From: an uncultured Verrucomicrobiae bacterium
Lineage (GTDB): Bacteria; Verrucomicrobiota; Verrucomicrobiia; Chthoniobacterales; JAFAMB01
Reading direction: 5' to 3'
Assembly (NCBI GenBank): GCA_963837955.1
Contig: CAWIPH010000002.1
Span: forward strand, 4,768,001-4,832,000
Length of the DNA: 64,000 nt
Made by a program: the position numbers and the translations under genes. This document shows, piece by piece, positions 55,624 through 64,000 of the stretch (the first letter of the stretch is position 1; every line of letters begins with the position of its first letter). The notes beneath the pieces are model-generated. The model ran no database searches, was not told the DNA's origin, and saw only the letters and a list, made by a program, of their open reading frames with translations.

Positions 55624-56313
55624 TTATCGAGAACCAGTTGTGGGAGTGAAAAGTTTGCGATCGCTCGGGTCCGCCCAAAGGCGAAACCCTCCGAGGAATG
55701 CATTAGAGTTGGCACCCGCCCGGCACCCTGGAGGCAGCTCTTTCAGATGTTTGACGTTTCCTCCCCCCAGAACCACGTCATCGGACACGAAAGCTTCGAC
55801 CAGGCGCGCTACAACATCCCTGACGCATTCCCGCCATTTCTCTTTGCCTAACCGCACCAATCCGCGGTTACCCACATAGTCCTCGAACGTACCTTTCTTG
55901 TAAGGAAGGATGCACAGCTCCAAAGGCACGACGACGCCTTCAACAACCAAGGCGGCACCGAGACCGGTTCCCAGGCCTAAGAAAAGCATCTTACCTCCCT
56001 GGTAACTTCCCAGAGCTTGCATGGCCGCATCATTGATGAGCTTGACCGGATGACCGAACGCGGCTTCATAATCGAACCGGACCCAGCCAGGCCCGAGGTT
56101 ATGCGGTTCTGCACCCGGCCGGCCCTGGAGGACGGGCCCGGGATAACCAATCGACACCACCTCATAGACCCACTCCCCGGCCAGCTTCTTGACCCCAGAG
56201 ACCATCATTTCGGCAGTAAACGTAGGCCCAGAGGGAAACTTCCGAGGTTCGTCTTGTCCGGTAGCGAGGATCTTTATGTTATTCCCGCCTACATCAACAA
56301 CCAACACGTTCAT
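55624..56313 (-). CDS. ROK family protein (polyphosphate glucokinase-like)
   Basis: VDVGGNNIK, SIGYPGPV, NDAAMQA, GLGTGLG, LGGGN. Confidence 0.88.
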   Translation of the reverse strand: MNVLVVDVGGNNIKILATGQDEPRKFPSGPTFTAEMMVSGVKKLAGEWVYEVVSIGYPGPVLQGRPGAEPHNLGPGWVRFDYEAAFGHPVKLINDAAMQALGSYQGGKMLFLGLGTGLGAALVVEGVVVPLELCILPYKKGTFEDYVGNRGLVRLGKEKWRECVRDVVARLVEAFVSDDVVLGGGNVKHLKELPPGCRAGANSNAFLGGFRLWADPSDRKLFTPTTGSR

Positions 56314-56405
56314 GGCTGAATCTCATAGTGCGAAAACAGCGACGCCGTTACCAGCGCGAACAGCAACTCCTGCATCTCCAACCGCGAACGATAGAAACTG
56401 GGATC

Positions 56406-57065
56406 TTATTTCCCCTGGAGTTGGGCCGAACTTGTCTCTTTGTAATCTGCCGGGACCGCAAATTCGTCGTCCGGAAGATTAGTTTCCTCGGCAGAATCCA
56501 GATTGGTCGTAAGCTTCTGCCCATTGAAATCAATCTCGGTCCGCAGAGGCATACCTGGGTATTTGTCCGGGGGTATAGACAGACTCGATTGCAGAGCAGA
56601 GGCTTTATAAGCAGTGTTGAGAGCTTCTAAGAATTTCTGGTAGTTCGGATAACTCTTGGCGACGAATATGGTCGTCGGCACACCGCCAACGGTAGTCGCG
56701 TACTCCTCAGCCTCATATCCCTGGATCGTCTCTTTCTTACCAGTAGGTTTTAATTCGATATCGCCAGATTTCTCATCATTCAGTTTGAGCGCACGCTTCA
56801 TCGCGTCGGCTCGCGACTTCATCTGTTCTCCACTGATTTTCAGGTAAGCCTTTTGCTGATGAAGCAGGATTGTTTCTTCGCCGGTTTTTGAATCAAAGAG
56901 CGCGCTATTTTGGCTCGACATATCGATACGAGACTTGGTGTCCTTGATCTTTATCTCGATCTCGCGAGTCTTCCCGGCACTCTCAATCGTTTGCTTGATG
57001 ACATAATCGGCCTTCGCGGCGAAAGCGCCGGCCAGGATAGCCATTACCATGATGGTCTTTCTCAT
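56406..57065 (-). CDS. Secreted DUF4412-like protein
   Basis: Signal peptide; TGKKETIQGYEAEEY; FAVPADYK. Confidence 0.75.
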   Translation of the reverse strand: MRKTIMVMAILAGAFAAKADYVIKQTIESAGKTREIEIKIKDTKSRIDMSSQNSALFDSKTGEETILLHQQKAYLKISGEQMKSRADAMKRALKLNDEKSGDIELKPTGKKETIQGYEAEEYATTVGGVPTTIFVAKSYPNYQKFLEALNTAYKASALQSSLSIPPDKYPGMPLRTEIDFNGQKLTTNLDSAEETNLPDDEFAVPADYKETSSAQLQGK

Positions 57066-57246
57066 CTGGGTTCCTATCTAGTATTTGGCTAAAAAAGCAA
57101 CTGAAGAAGCTCGAATCATCGCGCCTTGAAAACAGACGCTAAGGGGACTCATCAAAGCTTCCTTATGTTAACGCCGATGCGTGCCCGCGGGGCGCGACCG
57201 TATCTGTCTTGCCGTTCGTGAGCACACATGCCAGGGTGGGCCGCGC

Positions 57247-57753
57247 ATGAGAATTCACAAGTTCTGGAGTACTGCGATAGCTCTATTCTGTCTTGCCGTT
57301 GGCCACTCAACTTTCGCGCAAGAGTCTCTGCCTTTGCCGGAGAACAGCGCGATCCTGCTAGCGGTCACCGCAGAGGGGGTTCAAATCTATGAGAGCAAAC
57401 CGAGTCCTTCAGGCGGTTTTCAATGGGCACTGAAAGCTCCGGAAGCGGAGTTAAAAAGTGTGTCCGGAGAAATTCTGGGTAAGCACGGGGCTGGTCCTAG
57501 CTGGACCTTGAATGATGGCAGCAGCATTGTCGGTAATCTGCCTCCACTCAAGAAGGTGGAGGCGCCGGGGAGTATCCCCTGGCTACTCGTTGCAGTGAAA
57601 TCGAAGAGCGGCTCCGGCCTCCTCGACAAGGTCGACTACGTCGTGCGAGTCGCGACTGACGGCGGAGCGGCCCCGGCGGAGCCACCGAAAGCAGAAGGCG
57701 AAACGGTGAAGGTGAAATATCACGCCATTTATCTCTTTCTGCATAAAGCCTAA
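57247..57753 (+). CDS. Secreted DUF3455 protein
   Basis: AEGVQIY...WALKAPEAEL...GKHGAGPSW...IPWLL...RVATDGG. Confidence 0.85.
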   Translation: MRIHKFWSTAIALFCLAVGHSTFAQESLPLPENSAILLAVTAEGVQIYESKPSPSGGFQWALKAPEAELKSVSGEILGKHGAGPSWTLNDGSSIVGNLPPLKKVEAPGSIPWLLVAVKSKSGSGLLDKVDYVVRVATDGGAAPAEPPKAEGETVKVKYHAIYLFLHKA

Positions 57754-58162
57754 AAAACGAAGCGGGCGGGGTTTCGCGGTGCCGACTATCAAGAATCTGG
57801 TCCGACGCGAGCCGGGCTCTACGCCGCCCGACCGAGGTCTATTAAAGAGCCAACAACGAACCGCGAATAGGACACGAATTAGAGAGATTCGGTAAAGTGC
57901 CCATCGGAACGCGCTCCTTATCTGGCTCGGAGGCTGCAGCTGGTAGATGAACCAGCTCGGATTTGCTGCCGATCTGATGATCGAGATCGCCTGGATACCA
58001 AAAAAGCTCACGTACGTTGGCTAGTGCGAATCAGGGAATTGTTCGTACGCGTCACGAATGATCTCGCCAGACTCGCATCGCTCATTCGAACGCCTGGTAT
58101 AATGCCTCTGCTCCCAGTTCGTATAACCACCTAGCTCATGTGAGTGACATCACTGACGAGCG

Positions 58163-58577
58163 TCATGGTTGGATCAGTTCGGAGACCGGGATGGCCTTGT
58201 AGTCCTTCACGTTCCTGGTGATCAAACCGCCTCTTAGGCGTATAGCAAACGCTTCGATCAAACAATCAAGGTAACCTTCGGCGGAAATCGGCCCCGGATC
58301 GGGAGCTAGCGTGCTTGGTCGCAACAAATCTATTCCAGATTTCGTGAGCCTTTAAGCAGTCTGCCCAGATTAAATCCTCCTGCCAACCAATCCCTAATTG
58401 CGTTAGGAATTGTTCTTGCAGTTTTGTTTTACCTGAGAACGCGGGAGACAGCTCAATAAAGGTAATTGGGCAAATTACTAATTCTTTAGTCCTCTGTATA
58501 ATCGCCTTCGAGTTTGGACCAAACATTTTGTCCGCAGTAAAAATATCAAGCAATACGTCTGTATCTACGACGGTCAT
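58163..58577 (-). pseudogene. VapC/PIN toxin with a frameshift at ~58268
   Basis: VVDTDVLLD...ITFIEL...RRLP / DCLIEAFAIRLRGGLITRNVKDY continues in another frame to a stop at 58163. Confidence 0.8.
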
Positions 58578-58835
58578 TTAGCCCTCGCCTCGCAGCAGCT
58601 TCATCCACTCGGCGGTAGTGTTTAGACCTTGCTTCTCCAGGCGATGCTTTTTCATAAATCCATAAGCCCGATCAACGTCGCGTTTGGCTGCCTTTTGGAC
58701 GGACATTTGAATGGTCTTAGTCTCTGCGTCCACCTTAAAATGTACGGTCTGGCCAGTCTTCAATCTAAGTTGCCTTCTGATTCTAGCAGGGATCGAAACC
58801 TGGCCACGTTTCGTTATGGTTCCTGTATCGGCCAC
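58578..58835 (-). CDS. AbrB/MazE/SpoVT family antitoxin
   Basis: TITKRGQVSIPARIRRQLRLKTGQTV. Confidence 0.9.
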   Translation of the reverse strand: MADTGTITKRGQVSIPARIRRQLRLKTGQTVHFKVDAETKTIQMSVQKAAKRDVDRAYGFMKKHRLEKQGLNTTAEWMKLLRGEG

Positions 58836-58838
58836 ATG

Positions 58839-58864
58839 ATGAAAATATCATGCAATATTCTCAT
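58839..58864. promoter_or_regulatory. Probable autoregulatory operator of the AbrB-PIN locus
   Basis: ATGAAAATAT-N6-ATATTCTCAT (one mismatch) directly upstream of the start codon. Confidence 0.55.
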
Positions 58865-58977
58865 GTAAATAGGCGGTTCGCTAGAGGATCTCTCCGTCAA
58901 CAATGGGAATGCTTTAGACGGCGCTCCTGATGCGCCGGTTGAACGATGTAACATAGCAGTGCTACCGATCGGGACCC

Positions 58978-61113
58978 TTATCCCTTCGGGTGATCGCCTG
59001 CGCCGATCTCCCGGAACTTGCATGCTTCTTCGAGGGAAATCACTCCGGCCGCCGCTTCGCGGACGGCTCTTTCGAACAGGGATGCTTCTCCCTTGGTTTC
59101 CAATATGCGGCGGAGCTGAACGGCCGGTGCTTGTTCCTGGATTGCGACCTTCATTTCGTCATCGACAATGAGCGCTTCGAAGATCGCTTTACGACCGCTA
59201 ACACCGGTCTGCCGGCAAAAATCGCACTTGCGTCCACGGCGTAGCGCGCTCGCTCCGCTCAACCAATTCGGGTGAATTCCTAATCGGATAAGTCGTTCGT
59301 CTGAAGGGATCTGCTCCTCGATGTAGCAGCGAGGGCAAACTTTCTTCACCAGCCGCTGGGAAACCGCCATTTTGAGGCTGTCGGCCACCATGAATGGTTG
59401 GGCGCGAAAAAGGCAGAAACGGTTCGGCACTTCACAGACGGAATTGGTGTGCAAGGTGGAAATGGCCCGATGCCCCGACGAGGAAAGCCGCATGAGTGCA
59501 TCCACGCTTTCTTCGTCGCGGATCTCTCCCATCATGACGATATCGGGCGCTTGACGCAGAATTCCGCGAGCCCATATCGCGTAACTGTAGGGTCCATCGT
59601 CATCGATTTGAGTTTGGCTGATGTTCTCAAGCAGCACCTCAATAGGCGACTCGGCGGTCAGCACATTGTTTTTCAGCGCGTCGATTGATCGGAGAATGCT
59701 ATAAATCGTCGTGGTTTTTCCGGAGCCGGTGGGGCCGCACAAAATAAGCAGCCCGTTGTCGCCATTCATCAAATCGTCGATTGCGTTGACATAGCGATCG
59801 GGCATCCCCAATTCCGGCAAACTCCTTATGTGCCGTTGATCACGCTGCAATCGCAGCACTGCCTGCTCACCCTGCGACTGATAAGAAGTATTTACTCGGA
59901 AATCGTAACGCTGATCGCCAATTTTGATCGGGAAAGTGCCATCTTGCGGCAGCCGCATGTACTGGATCTCAAGCCCAGAGATCACTTTAATTCGAGAGAT
60001 GATTTGTTTCGCAATATGGCCGGGAAACTCGCCGCTCTCATCAAACCAATCACCGTCAACCTTGTACCGCACCCGAAGCCGCCGAGGGAACTCTTGAAAC
60101 ATGATGTCGCTGGCCCGGAGATCTACTCCTTTGTAGAGAATCGAATGGACGAACTTGACGACCGCTTGTTCGTCAATCTCGGATCGGAGTCTGGACTCTT
60201 GAAGCTTGTCCGCTTGGATAATCTCAAGCGGATCAGCGTCACGTACTTGTCGATCAAGGCCGATCATCGCACGCACCATGCTAGCAGTGTCGATCGCCTT
60301 ACTTTCCGAAGCCGTGATGAAACGTTGCAGCGGAACCGGATCAGCAAAAACTTGCTGCACCGAAAAGCGGTGTCGAAGAGCTCCCTCAATTTCCGCTTTG
60401 GTCAGCGGATCGAGTGGCTTTCCGACAGCCAGCGTGAGGAGCTTTTTGCCACAATAGACTGGGCAAGCCTGGTACCTTCTTTGTAAGGCCGGACTAAACC
60501 AGTGATTGATTTTTTCCGCCGGAGTCACTCCATCTAGATCAATCCATGGGGTCCCTCCGTTCTTAACTTCTCCCTCGATCGGCCGGTCAACAGGTCGAAG
60601 ATCGATAGCACTGGCAAACTGCTTGATTGTTTCGCGCAGCGTCCCTGGTTCGGACCAAACAACACTAATGCGCCGAACTCCCCAGAACGCGTTGAGTAAC
60701 TCGAACTCGCGGCGTTCCAGCAGCGTCTCCAGTCCGGGAACCCAAGAAGCGACAGTAACCTCTAGATCTCGTCGAGAGACTGGTATCAGGGAAACAGTCA
60801 ATGGCGGAATCTGAACAGCTTTTGGTGAAACTCCGAGGAGGCTCGGGTCAAAGGGGATCACCGGATTATCACGAACTATTTTACTCAGAAGGACATTCAG
60901 ATCTAAATCGGTCTTATGAGCGTACCATTCTAAGAACGATTCCCGCTGCCATAGCGCCGTTGGTTCGAGGCTGGTCTCTGACGCAAAGGAATCAAACATT
61001 AGCGAGAGATCGTTCTTCGCTTCGCCGAGCCCAAGCAGCTTCCCCAAGTGATAATGGATAACGTTGTTCAGCTCGTTATAACCTTGGGAAGGCACCGTGG
61101 ACCTTACGATCAT
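58978..61113 (-). CDS. GspE/PilB family secretion ATPase
   Basis: ASDI, RLPQDG, GPTGSGKTTT, GEIRD, STLHTN, CPRC/CDFC zinc motif. Confidence 0.93.
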   Translation of the reverse strand: MIVRSTVPSQGYNELNNVIHYHLGKLLGLGEAKNDLSLMFDSFASETSLEPTALWQRESFLEWYAHKTDLDLNVLLSKIVRDNPVIPFDPSLLGVSPKAVQIPPLTVSLIPVSRRDLEVTVASWVPGLETLLERREFELLNAFWGVRRISVVWSEPGTLRETIKQFASAIDLRPVDRPIEGEVKNGGTPWIDLDGVTPAEKINHWFSPALQRRYQACPVYCGKKLLTLAVGKPLDPLTKAEIEGALRHRFSVQQVFADPVPLQRFITASESKAIDTASMVRAMIGLDRQVRDADPLEIIQADKLQESRLRSEIDEQAVVKFVHSILYKGVDLRASDIMFQEFPRRLRVRYKVDGDWFDESGEFPGHIAKQIISRIKVISGLEIQYMRLPQDGTFPIKIGDQRYDFRVNTSYQSQGEQAVLRLQRDQRHIRSLPELGMPDRYVNAIDDLMNGDNGLLILCGPTGSGKTTTIYSILRSIDALKNNVLTAESPIEVLLENISQTQIDDDGPYSYAIWARGILRQAPDIVMMGEIRDEESVDALMRLSSSGHRAISTLHTNSVCEVPNRFCLFRAQPFMVADSLKMAVSQRLVKKVCPRCYIEEQIPSDERLIRLGIHPNWLSGASALRRGRKCDFCRQTGVSGRKAIFEALIVDDEMKVAIQEQAPAVQLRRILETKGEASLFERAVREAAAGVISLEEACKFREIGAGDHPKG

Positions 61114-61132
61114 GCAAGCAGAAGAATTGAAA

Positions 61133-62545
61133 TCAGAACGTGCCTAAAGAATTACTTCCCCAATCCGGCGGCTGGGTCTGGACGTCTTGAGCAGTAATGA
61201 TGGAGCAAGCAGGAGCATCACCGCTCGCGGGGTCATTGAAATCTCCGGCGATGACAATGGGATGCGGACTGACAATTGACAATGGACCGCTCAACGTCTG
61301 CGCTCCTCGAACCAAAACAATCGCATTTGAAGCGGGCTTTCCGGTCGAATCTTGGGCAACCAAGTATACTGATCCGGAATAGCCCTTCGGAAGCTTGCTG
61401 TAGTCAAACGCCAACAAAGTTTGGCTTGGATTATCTTTGTTGGGGTAGGCAACGAAGGGCACCGATTGCTTATCAGGCGTGTTCTGCTTCGCCCCGTTGG
61501 TGCCGGATCGTGTCGGCGGAGGGTAAGCCAAGGCGGAACTCGGTATGCCGCTTTTCGCGATCACAATCACCGGATATCCTTTGTTCGGGTCCGATGCACC
61601 CCACACTTGAGCGACGACAATGAGATCGCATTGCGACTTGAGAAGAGCGAAGTTCAGCCCTCCACTCGAGTTCGCGTCATAGATTTGATCTAAAGGAGCG
61701 CAGGCGACCGGTAGTACGTCAGAAGTAATGAGCCTCGAATCAAGCCGAGTTCGGGCGGCGGCTAAGAAGTCGTAAAGAACGTTGTCCGTGGTTGCGGATC
61801 TAGTGTCCATGGATACCACGATCGGACCTTTAGAACTGGCGGTATCAGCAACTTTAAGAGAGGCCCCTACTTCGGTAAATGTCACTTGACCTGCTGAAAC
61901 CACGGGAAAAGCAGAAGTGAAAGCACCGGAAACGGTAATGTTCGACTCGGAAAATATTCTTCCCACATCGCTGCTAAACGGATTTGGTGCGATAACGAAC
62001 GGATCACCAGCGGAATAGACAGTGAACTGGGAGACGGGTATTTCTCGAATCGCAATTTGCGGTGTTGCCGTCAACTGCACGTCGGGCAGCCGCTGTTGTC
62101 CTGCTGTTCCTTTAGAGATCGTCGTCAAATCGATCAATCGCACTCGTGCCTTGGCCTCTCCAAAGGGATCTCCGTTTCCGAGTACCGCTAAGCTCGCAGC
62201 ATCTCCCGCTCCGATCATCGGCGCTACTACATCGGGAATAGTAGTATCGGTGTGACCATCCAGGCTCGTATTGAAAGATAGCGACAGACCGAACACAGGC
62301 GAGTCCTCAGTTCTGAGATCAACTGATGCTGAACTCAGGAGCTGCTTACGGATTCGGTTTTCTATTTCGAGGATACCTTGTTCAGTCGCGATTTCGCGCT
62401 GGTCCTGGTCAAGCGTCCTGCCAGCACGTTCGCGGAGGTTATCCGTAAAGATCAGATATGAAACGGCAATCATCGCCGCAATGACCACGGCCCCGAGTAC
62501 CAAAACCAGCGTCGAACCCGACTTCGAACATTTTCTCCGTTGCAT
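61133..62545 (-). CDS. PilX/GspK-like minor pseudopilin-associated protein
   Basis: KSGSTLVLVL class III-like N-terminus; operon context. Confidence 0.65.
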   Translation of the reverse strand: MQRRKCSKSGSTLVLVLGAVVIAAMIAVSYLIFTDNLRERAGRTLDQDQREIATEQGILEIENRIRKQLLSSASVDLRTEDSPVFGLSLSFNTSLDGHTDTTIPDVVAPMIGAGDAASLAVLGNGDPFGEAKARVRLIDLTTISKGTAGQQRLPDVQLTATPQIAIREIPVSQFTVYSAGDPFVIAPNPFSSDVGRIFSESNITVSGAFTSAFPVVSAGQVTFTEVGASLKVADTASSKGPIVVSMDTRSATTDNVLYDFLAAARTRLDSRLITSDVLPVACAPLDQIYDANSSGGLNFALLKSQCDLIVVAQVWGASDPNKGYPVIVIAKSGIPSSALAYPPPTRSGTNGAKQNTPDKQSVPFVAYPNKDNPSQTLLAFDYSKLPKGYSGSVYLVAQDSTGKPASNAIVLVRGAQTLSGPLSIVSPHPIVIAGDFNDPASGDAPACSIITAQDVQTQPPDWGSNSLGTF

Positions 62546-62568
62546 CGAAAGGCCTCCCCAGCGGGCAG

Positions 62569-63096
62569 TTACTGCATTGCAAGCGGAAGTCCGTACACGC
62601 TAAATGGAACTAGATCCAGTGAAGTGGTCACATTCCAATGAGCTTGAACGATTCCTAAGTTTGTATCAAAGAGCGGAGCACCGCCCGTTGTGTTTACATG
62701 ATCAAAGTATTTCGGTTTTAGAGTTCCTCCGTCGAGCGGAGTGTAAACGATCTGGTTTCCCGACAACGCAAATTCCTCGAACAAACCCGCACGCACGCAG
62801 ACTAGCAAGTTTCCCGCGGGTTCACCTGGAGGCAAAGGTGAACCGAACTTGATACCAGGATCGATTGCGTAGACCTGGAAAGCCGATGCGCTTTTTATTG
62901 AGGCAAACATTACCTCGGCCAAACTCTCATGCCTAGCTTCGAGGGCATTTGCGCCGAGCACTTTGTACTGCCGAATTGCTGCTGTGAGCATAAAGCCGGT
63001 AGCAGCTCCGATGACAACGACCGTGGCTATGAGCGCCGCCAGCATTTCTATCAGTGTAAAACCGCTTTCCGTTTTTCTGGAAACCGCTAGGTTCAT
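62569..63096 (-). CDS. Prepilin-type N-methylation domain protein
   Basis: GFTLIEMLAAL. Confidence 0.9.
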   Translation of the reverse strand: MNLAVSRKTESGFTLIEMLAALIATVVVIGAATGFMLTAAIRQYKVLGANALEARHESLAEVMFASIKSASAFQVYAIDPGIKFGSPLPPGEPAGNLLVCVRAGLFEEFALSGNQIVYTPLDGGTLKPKYFDHVNTTGGAPLFDTNLGIVQAHWNVTTSLDLVPFSVYGLPLAMQ

Positions 63097-63560
63097 GGGG
63101 TTGACGTTGGCAATGGATTTAGCGTAACCGTTTTGGTGAAGCTTTTGACAGCTTCATCCCCATTGCCCGGCACGATGTATGTAAGAGTTAGTTGACTCCC
63201 AGGTACGGAGGTAATCGTATAACTAACCAGATCGTCATATTGGGGATTGGTTTTTGGGCTATTGATCTTCAGGGGATGATATAAGAAACCAGCGACCGGA
63301 TCTTGGGGATCATCCCATTCAGGAATTCCCCCCTCAGACGGAGTAGTCGGGAACGGTTTGGCGCTGCCTGGAGCAAAGGTTTGTAGTTCATAATATTCTC
63401 GAAGGATCCGGTCTGCCCGATGATCTAACCGTGCGAGTAGGGCCTTATAATCGGCGAGTCGCCACGTCGCAGTAATGCCGAGGGCGGCTAAAGACAACAC
63501 AACGCAGGAAGCTAGAACCTCGATAAGTGAGAACCCATGGGAGTAACGGTGATTATTCAT
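63093..63560 (-). CDS. Prepilin-type N-methylation domain protein
   Basis: GFSLIEVLAS. Confidence 0.9.
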   Translation of the reverse strand: MNNHRYSHGFSLIEVLASCVVLSLAALGITATWRLADYKALLARLDHRADRILREYYELQTFAPGSAKPFPTTPSEGGIPEWDDPQDPVAGFLYHPLKINSPKTNPQYDDLVSYTITSVPGSQLTLTYIVPGNGDEAVKSFTKTVTLNPLPTSTP

Positions 63561-64000
63561 CCTCTTCTTGGGCGGACTTTTTTGTTCGAACCTCTTTGCC
63601 AGCGCTTCCTACCGGTAGCGGAGGTTCTCCTGGAAGATCAGAAGATTCACTAAGAACTCGCTCTTCGCTCCGGCCCAGGCGATCCCGCCGCTGGTTAGTC
63701 GCTGGTATAATGGTGGGCGAAACGACGACGATCAGATTGGTTCGCTGATTCAAGTGTGCCTTCGTGCGGAATGCGTAGCCGAGCACCGGTATTTTAGAAA
63801 GGCCGGGAACACCATTCTGATTGAAGGTTGCGCTGTCTTGTAGGATTCCGCCGATTACCGCAGCTTGGCCGCTCTTGATCGTAATATTAGCAGTGGTGCT
63901 TCGGGTGGAAATAATCGGGATCTGAGTGGTCGTCCCAGGCTGAGCTGCGCTTGTACCGGCGATCGTCGACAATGTTGGATTCAGATTCATGTCGACCAAA
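63553..64000 (-). CDS. Secretin (GspD/PilQ) C-terminal part; runs off window end
   Basis: IKSGQAAVIGGIL...GVPGLSKIPVLGYAF...NLIVVVSPTI. Confidence 0.92.
   Translation of the reverse strand, partial: LVDMNLNPTLSTIAGTSAAQPGTTTQIPIISTRSTTANITIKSGQAAVIGGILQDSATFNQNGVPGLSKIPVLGYAFRTKAHLNQRTNLIVVVSPTIIPATNQRRDRLGRSEERVLSESSDLPGEPPLPVGSAGKEVRTKKSAQEEDE

Noticed and set aside
57583..58160. Minus-strand ORF 57583-58011 and neighbouring frames
   Set aside because: Overlaps the DUF3455 gene, nearby frames are interrupted by stops, and no family was recognised

Overview
This is a bacterial chromosome segment. Gene content and protein style suggest Verrucomicrobiota, probably Chthoniobacterales-like (inference). 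1-20 kb is housekeeping and envelope DNA: lipA (partial), rpsI-rplM, two TPR paralogs, a frameshifted CPA1 antiporter, dinB, two tandem tricorn-like S41 proteases and tRNA-Asp(GTC). A ~24.4 kb genomic island runs from the tRNA-Asp 3' end (20046-20067) to an exact 22-bp copy of it (44461-44482), with TTAGCGTTAT motifs at both inner ends and no recognisable integrase. The island carries intact-looking groES-groEL, clpC, a ferredoxin, a fatty-acid desaturase, a CarS-like gene and a metallophosphoesterase. It also carries two paralogous 54-aa Arg-rich microproteins, a phage-type HNH gene, and fragments of hsdR, an Mrr-like nuclease, ImmA/IrrE, lpxD, aconitase and DUF4236. 44.5-64 kb holds rplS, a winged-helix regulator with palindromic operators before its own operon and before ispH, two type II TA loci, and the end of a type II secretion/type IV pilus-like operon. 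Notable non-coding signals are a ~170-nt candidate structured RNA (10775-10945, minus strand) and REP-like composite repeats at ~19.6-19.9 kb and ~48.1-48.3 kb. No CRISPR array or rRNA was seen.
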